From: Eledone cirrhosa
Lineage: Eukaryota
Assembly: GCA_964016885.1 (NCBI GenBank)
Contig: OZ024742.1
Span: 289,788,001 to 289,852,000 of the forward strand
Direction of reading: 5' to 3'
Length of the DNA stretch: 64,000 bases
Part shown: one piece after another, positions 22,239-36,859 of the stretch
Layout of the letters: every line of letters begins with the position of its first letter
Position numbering within the stretch: the first letter of the stretch is position 1
Translations under genes and position numbers: made by a program
Notes under the pieces: model-generated
Seen by the model: the letters and a program-made list of their open reading frames with translations, nothing else
Told to the model about the DNA's origin: nothing
Database searches by the model: none

Positions 22239-22459
22239 TATTGACACGACTCACACACTAATACTCATGCATACAAACCACAACCACACATACCAACTCA
22301 TTCATGCATACAATCACACACACAACTCACAAACACATATATATATATACATATATTACCGACAGTACTGATACAAAATCAAAATCAAAGTCAAAATCGT
22401 CAAAATCACTATCATGTCAACTGTTGACCTTTCCCAGTCCAGTTCGGCTTGTATATAAT

Positions 22460-22860
22460 AACAATAACAATAATAATTGTTTGTTTACGCTGGTAATGGC
22501 GGTGGTGGATGGTGTCAGTGTGGTGGTGGTGGATGGTATCAGCGTGGTGGTGGTGGATGGTCAGTGATGGTGGTGACAGTTGTTGGTGCTGTAGTTGTTA
22601 TTGTAGTTGTTACTGTTGTTGTTGTCCTTCATTTCACTGCTGCTGTTGCTGCAGACAATGGTGTTGATGCTGTTATTGCTGTCGCATATATACAAATACA
22701 TACACACACATTCAACACAGACGATGGTGTTGTTGCTGTTGTTGTTGTTGTTGGTGTTGCTGCTGTTGTTGTTGTAGTTGTTGCTGTGTTGAAATCTGGT
22801 CGCATCCACAGAGATATACACATACACCCACATACACATATGTATATACACATACATACA
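22460..22860. repeat. (GGT)n/(GTT)n low-complexity tract
   Basis: Trinucleotide-rich sequence giving spurious poly-V/T/N ORFs. Confidence 0.8.
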
Positions 22861-23669
22861 TCAAAAGATAGTCAGCAGTATGTCAACAGGGGACAGGACA
22901 GCGACCTTAGAGTAATGTGGTGATGGTGGGGAGCGAGTGTAGGCGTTATTGTTATTGTGGTGACGGGGGGGGGGGGTCAGTGAGATGTTACAAGTTCATA
23001 GATCACTTCTCTCTTTTCCCCTCTCTTCAAAATTTTGAATTTATGGCCTTTTGCAATGGCGGCCAAGTATATATAATATATATGAAGCAAAGAAAAGAAA
23101 ATTTTTAAAAATATATATATATAACACATATATATCCTAGAAACGATCGTTAAATAATGAACTTTTTTTGTTTAATATAAGGAATTGTTTATTCATTATT
23201 TGTTTAATATTTTATCTTGACTCTGTATACCGTTTATCTTTCACCGAAAGTGGTTTTTCATTACATCTCTTCTTTCCATGATATCCGGAATACATTGAGT
23301 TCTTCATACGGATTGGACACTACCGTAAACTCTTGGTAGATTTATCTACATATATATATATATATATATATTTTTAAAAATTTTCTTTTCTTTATATATA
23401 TATACATATATATATATATACATACATATATATATATATACACATATATATATATATATATACACATACATATATATATATATATATACACATACATACA
23501 TATATATATACACATACATACATATATATATACACATACATACGTATATGATGGCTGCCCCCTCGTTATCGAGTATGGCCATTGCACGAGAAAAAAAACC
23601 CCCATAATAATAATAATAATAATGACAACAACAACAATAATAATAATATACATATATATTTATACACAC

Positions 23670-24444
23670 AGATTGTATGATGCGTGTATTTATACATGCA
23701 GACTGTATGATGCGTGTATCCAAACAGCAATGTTACATGGTAGTGAGACCTGGGCGCTGAAGGTGGAAGACTTACGTAGATTAGAAAGAAACGAAGCCTG
23801 CATGCTCCGATGAATGTGTAATAGTAATATACGTGAATGGCAAAGCATAAATGAATTGAGAGAGAGACTGAGCATAAGAGGAATCAAATGCTGTGTGCAG
23901 GAGAGGCGGTTGCGTTGGTATGGACATGTGATGCGTATGAAGGATGACAGCTGCATAAAAAGGTGCAGAGCACAAGAAGTCAATGGAAGCCGCGGAGTGG
24001 GGAGACCCAAGATGACCTGGGATGAGGTGATAAAAGCCGACCTTACCCAATTACACCTCTCAAAGGTGATGACACACGACCATGACCTCTGGCGTCACGC
24101 AGTAATACAGAGTACCTGACCTCCCATGGGTACAAGCTGAAACATATAGACAATATGCCCCCACACCCTCCCACTGCAAGGTGGTCGTGGAGGTGCCACG
24201 GCAAAAAAGCACCCAGCCCACACTGTAAAGTGGACGTGTAGGCGCCACGGAAAAAGCACCCAGCACTCACTGTAAATGAGGTTGGTGTTAGGAAGGGCAT
24301 CCAGCTGTAGAAATCAAACCAAAATCAGTTCCTGTATGAGCAAGGCATGGTCAGCCGACCAGACAACTGCCCACAACAGGACAACCCGTCTAACCCATGC
24401 TAGCATCGAAGAACGGACGTAAAACAGTGATGATGATGATGATG
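23670..24444 (+). mobile_element. 5'-truncated RTE LINE with family-A 3' UTR
   Basis: [16 protein letters not shown]...[11 protein letters not shown] with an in-frame TGA near 23811; the 3' UTR equals the element at 85-380. Confidence 0.9.
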
Positions 24445-25350
24445 ACACACACACGATAGCAATTAACAGCGCTGCGATCGAATGTGGCTTTTTAGCCCAG
24501 CCAATGATCTAAAATGTCTTGCACAGAGTGGGCAACCAAAACATTCACTGGGAATTGGAGTTCATGTACTTTTGCATGTCTTTTGAGCCCTCCTGCTGAT
24601 TTACATTTTCTACCACATGCTTGGCAAGCATGATGAGTAGCATCTCCAACAGCAGCCTAGTAGTCAACCACTGGTCTTACTTTATGACTGTGAAGATGAC
24701 TTCCGCGTCCAACTTTGCTCCGGCAGTCTCGCACAGGACCTGCATGTCAACGCTATAGGAGGACCTTCGCCGTCTGGTAATGCAACAGCAATGCCCTTCC
24801 TCACATCCCGCTTTACTTTCTCGTATGCGATTCGAGATGCCTCAAAGGCAACTTTCCCCTCATATACAGTCTTTCTCTGTTTATTACAATCAGCAGCAAC
24901 ATTTCCCCATGTATCAGTGAGATGTTAGCGTCTTTCAAAGAAGCTTTCAACGAATCCTTATATCTCTTTTGGGGTTTATGTGGAGGTTGTTTTCCTTTAA
25001 CTAACTCTCCATAAAGGAGTTGTTTTGGTATTCTAGAATCCTTCATCCTGGCGAGGTGACCACTCCAATGGAGTCTTTGCTTAAGCACAAGAGCTTCTAT
25101 ACCAGAGGTGGGGAACCTTTTTACCATTAGAGGCCACATTTAAATTAGGCAGTAATAAAGGAGGCCACATTTAAATTAGGCAGTAATAAAGGAGGCCGCA
25201 TAAGTTGATATACCTATAAATGCGACTTTTGTGAAATTATTATAGTTTTGTATAGTTTTATAGTCATTTATTTATTATTTAACATAAAAAGTTACAATAT
25301 AAAATATTTTTGTATTCACATAATTATAAAGAAATACTATAGAAAAATAA

Positions 25351-25480
25351 TTGTTTCTACTTTAGGCACAAGGCCAGCAATTACCCAGTACATTACTGGT
25401 ACTTTATTTTATCGACCCCGTAAGGATGAAAGGCAAAGTCAACCTCGGCGGGATTTGAACTCAGATCGTAAAGGGACGTA
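25351..25480 (-). mobile_element. 5'-truncated SINE inside the hAT
   Basis: 15-bp TSD ACTATAGAAAAATAA at 25336-25350 and 25481-25495. Confidence 0.9.
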
Positions 25481-25567
25481 ACTATAGAAAAATAATAATA
25501 TTAAGTTAAAAAAACTAACATAGCAACAATACATAAAATAATTTTAAAATCCGATGGAAAATTCAAG

Positions 25568-27290
25568 TTAGTGGGATATTTGCATTTGTTTCTTGCTTGA
25601 AAGTAATTGAATATTTGGATCAAGCTTCATAACGCGCAGCCTTAATTGATCCTCTAAATGAGCATCTGTGGTTTGCGTTCTTAAAGTAGTTTTAATTTTT
25701 GTCATGAGAGAAAATGTTGACTCGCGTAAGTACTTCCAAAGCAGGAAAGTAAACGGTGTGCATGCTCTCGTAGGTGTGGATATTCAACAGCATTTGACCA
25801 GATTTCTATGGGATCCTTTTTAGCGTCAAAAAGGGATTTGAGGATATTATCTTCCCCCAACTCAAATAACTCAACTTGTAGTTCCGTTGAAGCCTTGGAT
25901 ATATCTACTAAATGTGGTTCAAATACCAGTTTCATAGCAGGTGAAAATCTGAAAATCTTTCAGTATATTCTTCTATTAAAGAATCCAAGACCCTTACATA
26001 TTCATCGAATATTTTATTTTCACATTTCTGCTCATTCAACATTTTTGCTAGCTCTGGGAAGTGTTCTGCAGATATATCCGAGCAAGAGAGTAATGTTTTG
26101 AAAAATGTTAATTTTTTTCGAAACGCTTGGATCTATTGCCACATTTCATATATATGCTTTGTTTTACCTTGCAGGCAAATATTTAAATTGTTTTGTTTTG
26201 TCATGATATCAAACAAAAATGCTTCATCTGATAGATCACAAAGTTTTCCTTGTTCTTGATAAAAGTTTAAAACTTTTATTAAAACCTGTCCTGTTGATAG
26301 CCAGTGAACCTTGCAGTAGTACGGTAGATCAACAATGTACATTTCCTCGTCTAAAGTTAGCATCTGCCTAAATTCACGATGACACATTGCATTAATGCGA
26401 ATATGGTTGACAATCGCAATTGCTCTATCCAGAGCGTCTTGCAAAATGGTGGATTTTGCTGATGCAAAATGCAGTGAAATGATATCAATTTTTTCAAGTT
26501 TAAGTTTTCCTTTTTTAATAAAGCAACAAATCTTTCTTTTTTACCTTTCATAGAGGATGCGCCATCGGTGCAGACACTGGCTAAATTACTGACATTTAAT
26601 TGTAATCGATGACATACCTCTCTGAAGTTTTTGAAAATGTCAACTCCGCAAGTTCTTCCAGTTAGTGTACCCAGCGCAAGAAGTTCTTCGTAACACTGAA
26701 AATCTTTAGTTACAGCACGAATAAAATATAAAACTTGCGCCAAGTCAGTTTTATCAGTGCTTTCATCCAATGCAATTGAAAAATAAACATCTTCATTTTG
26801 TATAATTGTACGAAGTTGCTCTGTTACATTTTGAGCTAATTTGTGCTGTCAATCTGTTATAGTTCTTCTTGAAAGAGGCAATTGTTTGTATTTATCAACT
26901 TTTTCTGGATCTAACATACCCACTTTAATTATTTCTACGTCACTAAATGGTTTGCCTCTTTTTCCAAGTATATGTGCTATTTTGTATAATATCAACTGCA
27001 GTGGAATTATTCTTCACAAAAGCACTAAAAGACGTCTGTTGATGATGCTTTTCATTTTTCAATTTTTGAAGTGCAGCTTGTCGAGATTCACCTTCTAAAT
27101 TGAAATATTTATGTTCTTTATGAGTTAAATAGTGTTTATTTGCATTCACTTTTTTCAAAGTAGTTAAAACTGTATTGCACAACAAACACGCCCATTTTAT
27201 CTTTCACAGAAATAAAGAAAAAATATAACCCCACTGTACATTAAATGTTCTGTTTTCTTCATTTACTTTTCTTCTCTTACAATTTGACAT
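25568..27290 (-). pseudogene. Frameshifted hAT transposase
   Basis: DESTD, CTDGA, HCILHQ, VHWLS and FGSTY motifs spread over several frames. Confidence 0.9.
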
Positions 27291-30200
27291 GATGGAGTAA
27301 AAACAAATATCAAATAATATCTTTAAGAAAGCATATACTTGCTAGCAATACAATAACACTGTGTACTAGTAAAACCACAAATCTACATTATATATTAAAA
27401 TGTTTGGAGAATAATTTATTTATGAAGATGGTCGTGTACACAAAAAATGAGTAAAGATTGGTAAAAAAATTCACGATTTGATTGGTCAATTAATGCTTTA
27501 AAATGGCTTCCCTTTTTACCCATTTTCCTGGTAAGTATATGAATGTCTCCTTTATGTTTTGTATAAATGAATTTAAAACAAATTGTTATTTGTAGTTAAA
27601 CAAATTATGTCTTTTGTAGTTTTTGATTTATTTGTTGCTATGTTGCTGTTACACTGCCTTTTACTTTTTCTAGACTACAATTACCTGTCCAACTGGCTTT
27701 TGCAATGACTACCAACAAATCGCAATGTCAAACTCTTAGCAAATATTGGCATCTATCTCCCAACTCCTTTTTTTACACATGGCCAATTATACGTTACTTT
27801 ATCAAGGACACAAAATGGACCATCATCTATTATAACTATGTCTAGAAAAGTACGAAACGTAGTCTATGATTCTGTTTTTCAAAATTCATAATTTTTCATA
27901 TTTTACATTTATATAATACTATATGTGTGTACTTTTAATTTTGATAGAATAAATTGGTCTTTAATTGGTTAATTTAACCAATCAATATCTATTTGATTTT
28001 TAACATATTTTTATTCATCACGCACAAAGAGCGGGTAACTTACTCGTTAATTAAAACAATATAACTAGATTTTCACAATGGCCGGTAGCAATACGAAACG
28101 AGACTGTCACAAGCACATTACAAGATTGACAAATGACAAGTTACAAGCGTCTTTTTTAGAACAGCCAATTGTAGAACGCCACCTGGCATTCTACAATTGG
28201 CTATTACCACCAGTAGTCACATTCATACCATTCTCATTTAATTCCATTAATTTTGAAATTGTCGTAATCTAAATGATAAATTATTAATACAAGAGCTAGC
28301 TTTTATGAAGGCGGCACAAGAAACTCACAGAGGCTGCAGGTTCCCCACCTCTGTTCTATACTGTCACACAGAGAGCTTTCTAAAATCTCGACATCACTGA
28401 TGTGGTCCCACCAGTGAACACCATGGATCCGTCTGAGACACATCTGATGGAAACGCTCCAATTGTTTAAGGTGGTGTTGATATGTGACCCAGGTCTCGCA
28501 GGCATAAAGAAGAGAAGAGAGCATACGTCTCGTACACCTTTACCTTTGTCTTCTTGCATATGTCTCGCTGACCCCAGAGTCGCCTTTTCCGAAAGCATCA
28601 TTTGCTTTCCTAATCCTGAGTGGGATTTCATTATCAAGGTTGCTGTATCGATCGACAGTGCTTCCCAGGTAGACAAACTGATCAACCACTCTAAGTCGTT
28701 TACCATACACATAGTTATTTGGCTCACTGTACTCCTTACCAGGGGCATGATGGTTTTCTTGAGACTGACAGTCAATCCTAGAGCAGTGCAAGCATCAGAA
28801 AATGCATTCAAAATGTGCTGCATATCACTCTCTGTGTGCGCGACAAGATCGGATTCATCTGCATACAATAGGTCTCTTATGATTGATATAAATACTTTTG
28901 TTTTTGCAGCAAAGCACCCGATGTTAAATATGCTGCTTGAGGTTCGATATTGGATGTAAACATCATGCTCGCAATTCCTGAATGCAATATAAAAAAACCA
29001 TTGCAAAGTATATGGCAAACAGGGTCGGTGCTGGAATATCCCCGTTTCACTCCATTTTTTTACTGAGATAGGCTCCGACATGTTACCTCTGACATTAACC
29101 CAAACCTTCATGTCGTCATGGAAAGACCTAACCAAAGCAAGGAACTTATCAGACTAATCAAGTTTCTGGAGAACCTTCCACAATGCATTTCTGTTGACAG
29201 TATCGAAAGCTTTTGTCAGATCGACAAAAACCTGATACGGATCCAAACCTTGTTCCATGCACTTCTCCTGGAGCTGTCTAGCTGAGAAGATCATATCAGT
29301 AGTGCTGTGTCCAGCACGAAAACCAGATTGACTTTCAGGAAGAACACAATCGGCAATGTGTGTCAGCAGACAGTCCAGAAGCACCCTACATAAAATTTTT
29401 CCTACGACAGAAAGCAATGATATACCTCTGTAGTTTCCACAATCATTCTTGTTACCCTTTCCCTTGTACAAGACCACCATTACTGCATCTCTCCAGTCCT
29501 CAGGTACGGATTCACTAGTCCATATCCTGCCAAACAAAGAGTGAAGATGTTGCAGAAGTCTCTCACCACCATATTGTAGGAGCTCTGCATGTATGCCATC
29601 CATACCTGGAAACCTTCCACTGTTCACCTTCGAGATAGCTACTGCAACCTCCACAAGCGTCGGTGGTTCTGCGAGAGCTACTTTCACAGGTTTTTCAGGA
29701 ATGAGATTGAGGAAATCTTCATTGACGACAGACAGCTGATTCAAAAGTTCATGAAAGTGCTCTCGCCACCTTCGTAGAATTCCTTGTGAGTCACAAAGAA
29801 GTTCCTTGCCATCCTTGCTGCGAAGCGGTGTCACCAGAGAAGACGGTCCATAAACTTCACGCAAGAGACTGTACAACAGCTTTGTGTTAATGGAATCTGA
29901 TGCAGCTTGTATCTCATCAGCCTTCTTACTCCACCACTTATCCTTCATCTGAGAAAGACTCCGCCTAACACGTGATTTCAGATCTTTGAGTTCCTTATGC
30001 AACATATTCTTCTCTTGTGGTTTTGCTGTCAAGTGACAGAGCACGCCTCTTATCAGCCAACAAGTCATTTATATGTTCATCATTCTCATTAAACCAGTCT
30101 TGATGTTTTCTCTGCACCAATCCCAGAACACGCCTGCCTACATCATAAACCGACTTTTTAAGGGTCGGTCAATCCTCACCAAGATCTGCAACATCCATCT

Positions 30201-31202
30201 CTTCTCGCAAAGTCCTCTTCACATTTTTATCTCTAAGACCAGCAGCATTCAATCTTCAGGGCAGGGTAACACCAGGAGCCCGGATTTTACGTTTAGTGAT
30301 TAGTTTCACTTTTGCGTGTACCAGGCGGTGGTCCGTCCAGCACTCAGCTTCACGAAGAGCACGAACACACAGCACATCCCATCTGTCACGCATCCTGACA
30401 AGGACGTAGTCCAAAAGATGCCATTCCTTAGATGCAGGATACATCCATGTGGTCTTAAATTTGTTCTTTTGCTGGAACATGGTGTTGGTAACACATAGAT
30501 CCAGCTCCAGCAACAGGAGCATACCATTGTTGTTACACTTTCCCACCCCATGCCTTCCGATTGCATTCCATGTGTTAAAATCCCTAACCACTCTAGCATT
30601 AAAGTCACCAAGCACGATGACCTTGTCTGCCTGAGGGATATTTCTTAAAACACCTTTCAAAGCATAGTAAGAAGACACTTTTTCTCATCGACAGAATTCA
30701 TAGTTGGAGCATAACACACTCACCAGGGTCGCATATCTTTCTTTGTCCAGCGGAATTCTCATGGACATAAGACGCTCACTAATCCCCACCGGGAATTCTT
30801 CTAATTTATCCACAAGAACAGTCTTAACAGCAAATGCTACCACAGCCTCTCTTCTGGTTCCTTCAGCTCTTCCTTTCCAGAAGAATGTATATTCTCCACA
30901 AAATTCTGTAAGATGACCATCTCCAGCTAACCTCGTCTCAGATAAAGCTATGAGGTCAAGATTGTAACGTCGAAGCTCCTTTGAAACAAGAGCAGTCTTT
31001 CGTTCAGGACGTTCCAAGGAAACCCTGTCAAGCAGTGTCCGTACGTTCCAGCAGCTAATATTAAATGCCTTGTTTGGCTCTATTACAGTTGCATGATGAC
31101 GAGTGGGCCCAGGCTATGATACCCTGGAGCCCCTGCCCTTATTGCCAATTATCTCTTTTATATTGTTTTGGAACATCATTGAATTTTGAAATAAAAAAAA
31201 AG

Positions 31203-31306
31203 TAATAATAATAATAATTGTTTCTACGTTAGGCACAAGGTCAACAATTACCCAGTGCATTACTGGTACTTTATTTTATCGACCCCGTAAGGATGAAAGG
31301 CAAAGT
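31203..31306 (-). mobile_element. SINE 3' fragment abutting the Tx1 tail
   Basis: Same family as 48276-48468; truncated at AAGGCAAAGT. Confidence 0.8.
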
Positions 31307-34300
31307 AATAATAATAATAATAATAATAATGCTTTCTTTATTAACCACAAGGGTTTACATAAAGTAGACATTAAAGACAGTACAGGACAATACAGGACGG
31401 TACAAATGGGCATTTCTGCGTGTAAAAAAACAAAAACAGAGGATGTAACAAAAAAATAACAATGAAAAATTCCTCAATAGGAGGGAGACTTCCGAGGGAC
31501 ATTTGTGGAGAAAGCCCATTAAAAGGCCACAGTGACCCTGATCACCAGGGCAAGTGCCCTCTCCCAGTTTTCCACCTTTAATTTACAGACACATACTCAG
31601 AGTAGGCCCATTCATTCGGGCCATACTTGCTTCTCTCACCCATCTTTCAACAAAATGCTGGGAAGAGAGCACTTCCCTCTCTACCCTGATTTTCCTTTTC
31701 AAATGAAATTTGAAAAAGTTAATCAGGGCATCACCGAAGAGGTAAGTGCTTGTCTTCAGCCCTTTCAAACGTATCCACCATACTATCTCTTTCGCCATGG
31801 CCACCAGTCAGATAAAAACTGCCTGCCCTTCCCGGCTAAAGGAAGAGGGCGGGACTATCCTCACGATGGACTCAGCTGATAGCTGGATCCGTCCTACACG
31901 TGACAGCAGGTGTTCGATACAAACCCACAAGTCAGCAATGCTCGGACACTGGACGAGTGCGTGCAGGACGGTTTCGTCGCTCTGCGCGCATGTCGGACAT
32001 GCCCAGCTGACGACACCTCCATGCCTGTAGAGTTTATCCCGAACTGGCAAAGCTCCTTGGTAGCACTGCCAAGCCAGGGATTTCTGGAAGTTGTCCATAG
32101 GCCCCGGTCAGAAAGTTCTTCCGAAGAGATTGGTTAGTTGATTTTGTCGCTCTTCCCCTCAACTAATCCTCTATAGAACGCCAAGGTGGAGTTTCCACCG
32201 ATCACATTGCCCGATTGGTCGAGGGTTGAGAGCGCCTGAAGACATTCCAGTCTCCAAGCGCTCCCTCTCGGTCTTCGCTTGACCCAGGACTGCAGCTCCG
32301 TCAAGGAGACGAGCTGGGGAAATACGTGTCTAGCAAACGGCGACCACACCTGATCACCGTCGAGGAAGAGGTGGAGATGTCGTAGCCTGAGCGCGTGTCT
32401 GCGCATCATCAGCCACAGCATGCCCAGCCCTCCACGTAGCGGGTGTTGACAGCAGATGGACCGCCTGACCATCGGAGCGCGTCCCTTCCACAAAAAGCGA
32501 AAGAGCAAACGCTTCAGCGCAGTCGGGCGGGACTTAGGACAAGGTACAATGGTCAAGCGGTAGTAGATGACGGACGCGATGTACGCGTTAGCCACCTCCG
32601 CTCGACCTTTCAGGGATAGCTTCCTCTCGGCCCATTTCTGGGTGAGAGAAGCCACCCTGCTCGTGACCTCATCCCAGTTTTTGTCCGTCTGGAGGTCTGG
32701 ACCGAACCAGACCCCTAGCAATTTAACCGGTCCGTCCGTCCGTCCAGTGCCCGACGACGCTGTTGGACGGCATGGACCTGCCCCTCCAGGTGCCGAGCTG
32801 CAGGCCCACTGACTTTTCCTGGTTGATCATTGCTCCTGTCACCGCTTCGTATTCTCTTAGTGTAGTGCCAATCACCTCGATGTGTTTGGCATTCGACACC
32901 ATTACGGTAACATCGTCCGCATATGCTGACACGGATCTTCCGCATCCTAGTTCGCGCGGGACCCCCCTCAACGTCTCCAGTTTGTGCAGTAATGGCTCGA
33001 GAGTCAATACGTACAAGAAGGACGAGAGGGGACATCCTTGGCGGACCGAGCGCATGATGTTGAACGGTTGCGAAAGGTGACCGTTCACTCTCACCACAGA
33101 GCAGATGTCGCTGTGCATGGCAGCGATCCAGCCTCTGAAGACGAGCCCAAAGCCAGCCGATTTCAGGACTGCTGCTAGGTAACGATGGTCGACCCTATCG
33201 AAAGCTTTTGACTGATCTAAATTGATCAAGGACCCACCTGTGCCAGGTTCCCTAGATACCCTCTCTACGATGTATCGCATGAGGTGGAGGTTGTCGTGGA
33301 TGGATCTGTCGGGAATGGCGCATGTTTGCGCCTCTCCCACCAGACCACCAACGACAAGCGCCAACCTCTTTGCTAGCACCTTGGCCAAAATCTTGAACTC
33401 TGTGTTTAGCAGAGTTATGGGCCTGAAATTATCTATGTTATCCCCCTTGCTCGGATCCTTTCTCAGCAGCGCCACAGTTCCTCAGTTCACAGAGCTGGGA
33501 ATTCTCCCGTTCTGTTGCCAGTTGCAGTAGACGTCCGCCAAGAGGCCTCCGAACAAGTCTGGCACCTGTACGTAAAGTTCATAGGGCAGACCATCCAAAC
33601 CAGGCGATTTACCCCTTGTGCAGCCAGTCATTGCCTCCCGTACTTCAGCGGCTGTTATCGGCTTTTCGCAACACTCCGCCTCAGTGGCCGAGAGCTGTGG
33701 CAGTCCGTCGAGGTAGACACTAAAGTCCATCCCTCGATCCGGCCCGCCGCTGTCCCCAAACAGCTGAGCGAAGTGTCGCTGAAAAGCTTCATACATTTGC
33801 TCGGGATCGAGTAGCATGCGCCCGTCGTAGTCCACCAAAGACTGGATTGTGGCTTTGTTACCACAACACGCCTCCGCCACTCGGGCCCATTGAACGGCTT
33901 TCGTCCTCTCGTGTCTGAGAGCACGCACCCTAGCTCTGACAATGCAGCCTTCGTGCTTTGCATTGAAGAATTGGTCAAGGGCCAATTTCGCCGCAAGTAC
34001 GTCGGTCGCGATGCCTTTGCTAAGCACCTCGTCTTATTTTCTAACTAGTTCTCCCTCTGCTCTATTTTTCTCTATTGCTAAAGCCTTACTAAACCTAATG
34101 GACTCTATTCTAATCGCTCTTTTCAGAGCAAACCACCACTTGTTGTTGACGATGGCCCCCGTCAACGCTCGCTTAACTAGTTCGCTAATCCGGTCTCTGT
34201 AGGCCTTGCGCGCTGGTAAGGACGCGTTTAGCTTCCAGTAGCCGGGTCCTCGTCTATGAAGCCTATCTAAGTCAAGCACACAGATCACGAATTTGTGGTC

Positions 34301-36855
34301 CGTGTAGCTGACTATCTTGAATTGTGGACAGCCTATGCTAGACCTATCTATTTCCCTACAAAATACTCTATCTAGATATGATCTGGATGACCAGATACGG
34401 TTTGTCCAAGTCCACATTGGCACATTCGGGAAATCCAATCAGTATATGTCAGACAGTTCAAAACGCCTGAGCAGGTTGGTGAGGCTCTTGCACCCTCCTC
34501 CCCTATCTGCTAATCCCACAGTCCCAGCGTGCATCTAAGATCCTGTTCCAGTCACCCACTAACACTAAAGAGCGGGATGTTCCTAGAAAGGTCTCCAGAC
34601 GCCGGAAGAAATCAGACCGCCCTGCTCCTGTCGGGGCATAGACGGCCACTAGCCTGAAAGCTTGCCCGTCTCCGCTGGTCACGTCCAGCACCACCAACTT
34701 ACCTTCTGGGTCCAGGAAGATGGCCCGTATCGCGAGATCCAAACCTCTCCGAAAAAGCACAGCAACTCCTCCTCCCGATCCAGGACGGCTGGGAGATGCG
34801 TACACATCGTAGCCGCCAAAGATCGGTGCGAAGGCCCGTGCTTCGGAGATTCTGGTCTCGCTGATGGCCACTACATCTATGTTTAGTGACCTGAGGTCAT
34901 TGAGCAGGTGGCCCTGCTTCAATGACGACCCCAAGCCACGCGCATTTATGCTGCCTATTCTGAGTGAGGTCATGTTGAAATGGAGTGGAAAAGATGGGAA
35001 AGACCACTTACCTTACTTCTCGTAGAGGAAGGATGGTTTCTCCATCCCTTTCCACTTGATCGTCTGGTGAAGGGACCGTTGAATCGTCCCTTCTGCTGGT
35101 CGTCGGCTCTTCTGTGAGTATATCCGAATATACTCTCCGGTTGAGTGTCCCTCCTAGGTCTCTGAAATCACCAACTGCGTTGGGGAATTTTATTTTGATG
35201 TTTGTGTATTGTTTCTGTGCTATTCTTACCAGTCTTATGTTCGTTGGGGTTTTGATTGGTGCTGGTATTATGTAGTCGTGTTGTGAAATGTCTGTGTGTT
35301 CAATTATGTAAGTCATTAGTTTCTTGTGTGTATTTACTGCTGTGCATTTCTTTTTCTGGGGGTGGGGTGTGGTTCTGCTATTTTCTTGTCGTTGTTGCAG
35401 GGTGTGCGTGTTTTGTTGTTGTGTTTGCGATGTTGGTGCTTGTGGTGGTGGTGTTGAAGGTGTTGTTGTTGTTGGCGGTGGGGTTGCCGCCGGTGGTGAC
35501 GGTAGTGCTAGTGTGGGTGGTGATGGTGTTGGTGGTGTTGCTGCTGTAAGTCTCTTTGCAGTAGCCTTTACCCTTTTTTCATTTCTTCCCTCCCTTTTCG
35601 AAGGCGAAGATGCACTGCTTCTGTGTTTGTGCCTTCTTGCGACCTTTTGCCAACCCTCTCCCACCTCACACTCCATGTCCAATTCTGTGAGGTCGGGGAG
35701 GGGTACCAGCTCCACTCTTTCACTTGTTCTTGTTGGTGATGGTTGCAGTGGAGTCTCTGTTGCAGCTGCAGTTGGTATTACTGTTGTTGTTGTTAATACT
35801 TCCACTGCTGCTGCTGTTCTTGATTTCCGTGGCGTGGGTATGGGTGCCACGGACCTATCCTTCCTGCTTGCCGCCTGTCCTGTTGCTGGTAGCAGTGGAG
35901 CCGGTTTCGGAAGGAGGGGGTTTTCTCCTTTCTCTGGGTCTTCTCATTGCAGAAGGCCCTGAGGTGAGTCTTCGACCCACAGCGAAAGCATTTCGGGCGT
36001 TTGCCCTCAACACTTATGGGCAGTTGAGTGCCGTTATCGAAGTCTATCACATCCGGGATAGCTTCGATGCACTCCTGGTTGGTTTGAATTAATATCTCAA
36101 TGGAGGTGCCTACCCAATCTTCTCGTACTTTTTTCTGTACTTGCAGTACAGTTGTTTTGTCCTCGATTCCGACGAGGACAGATGCGGCCAGCCAAGAAGG
36201 GGCCATCCCGGGGGGGACGTGGGTTAGTTTAACCCTCACAATTTTTTGCCCGCAGTAGGAGGGCACCAACACCATTTCCTCGCTCCTTAGGGTCACTAAG
36301 GATTGAGCCTTTGCCTCCTGGAGTGTGGCAAAAAGCACGTCCACGGTGGCATATTTCTTGCCTCGGGTGATATGCGTTTTCCGCTGCCACACAGACCCTA
36401 AGGCTTTTTGTATTTGAGCCCCTGTGGCTCTTTCAACCCTACGTGATTTTGTGCTTACTGTACGGTACGTGACCGTACAGGGCTGTTGGGTTTTGAAAAA
36501 TTTTTCAGCTGCCTTGCAGATTGCTTGGTGTCCGGTTTTCGTTACCATCTTCTTTGCTTCCTGTAATTCCTCATTTGTTATAAGGATGCTTTCCAGGTTC
36601 TTTGCGATACCTGCAAACGAGATTGGTTTTTCTTTCTTGTTGACGTTGTTGTTGTTGTTGTCGTCAAAGTTGCTGTTACTTTTGTTGCTGCTGGTACTAC
36701 AACCGCCACCGCCGCTGTTGCTGTGTTTGTTGTTGTTGTTGCTGCTGCTGTTGTTGTAGCTGTTGCTGCTGCTGCTGCTGTTGTTTATGCTGCTACTAGT
36801 GTTTTCCTTGACACTGTTACGGCTGCTGTTCTTCATGACGTCAGACGAATGAAAT
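31307..36855 (-). mobile_element. Tx1/L1-clade LINE, near full length and frameshifted
   Basis: ORF1 from the ATG at about 36836 to 35008 with a CFRCGSKTHLRAFC knuckle; ORF2 34973 to about 31540 with INARGL, SET, GYWKLN, SPGLDG, NFRPITLLN, DQSKAFD, QGCPLS, AYADD and CPTC..ET..H...C; (ATT)n tail at 31307-31330. Confidence 0.92.
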
Positions 36856-36859
36856 GGCT

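Larger units (their letters stand above)
25103..28353 (-). mobile_element. hAT DNA transposon (Charlie/SPIN/GTF2IRD2-like)
   Basis: Perfect 16-bp TIR CAGAGGTGGGGAACCT and perfect 8-bp TSD TTCTATAC (25095-25102 and 28354-28361). Confidence 0.95.
24660..31080 (-). mobile_element. Degenerate RTE-BovB-like LINE interrupted by a hAT transposon
   Basis: ERKTALVSKELRRYNLDLIALSETR, GDFNARV, NYRGISLLS, FVDLTKAFDTV, LLYAD and LHWSGHLARM..RIPKQLLYGEL fragments; the reading resumes across 25103-28353; 3' boundary approximate. Confidence 0.85.

Noticed and set aside
25568-27290. Host GTF2IRD2/EPM2AIP1-like gene
   Set aside because: It is frameshifted and enclosed by perfect TIRs and a TSD, so it is a transposon.
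35256-35962. Plus-strand V/G/C-rich ORFs
   Set aside because: They are antisense shadows of the Pro/Thr-rich Tx1 ORF1.
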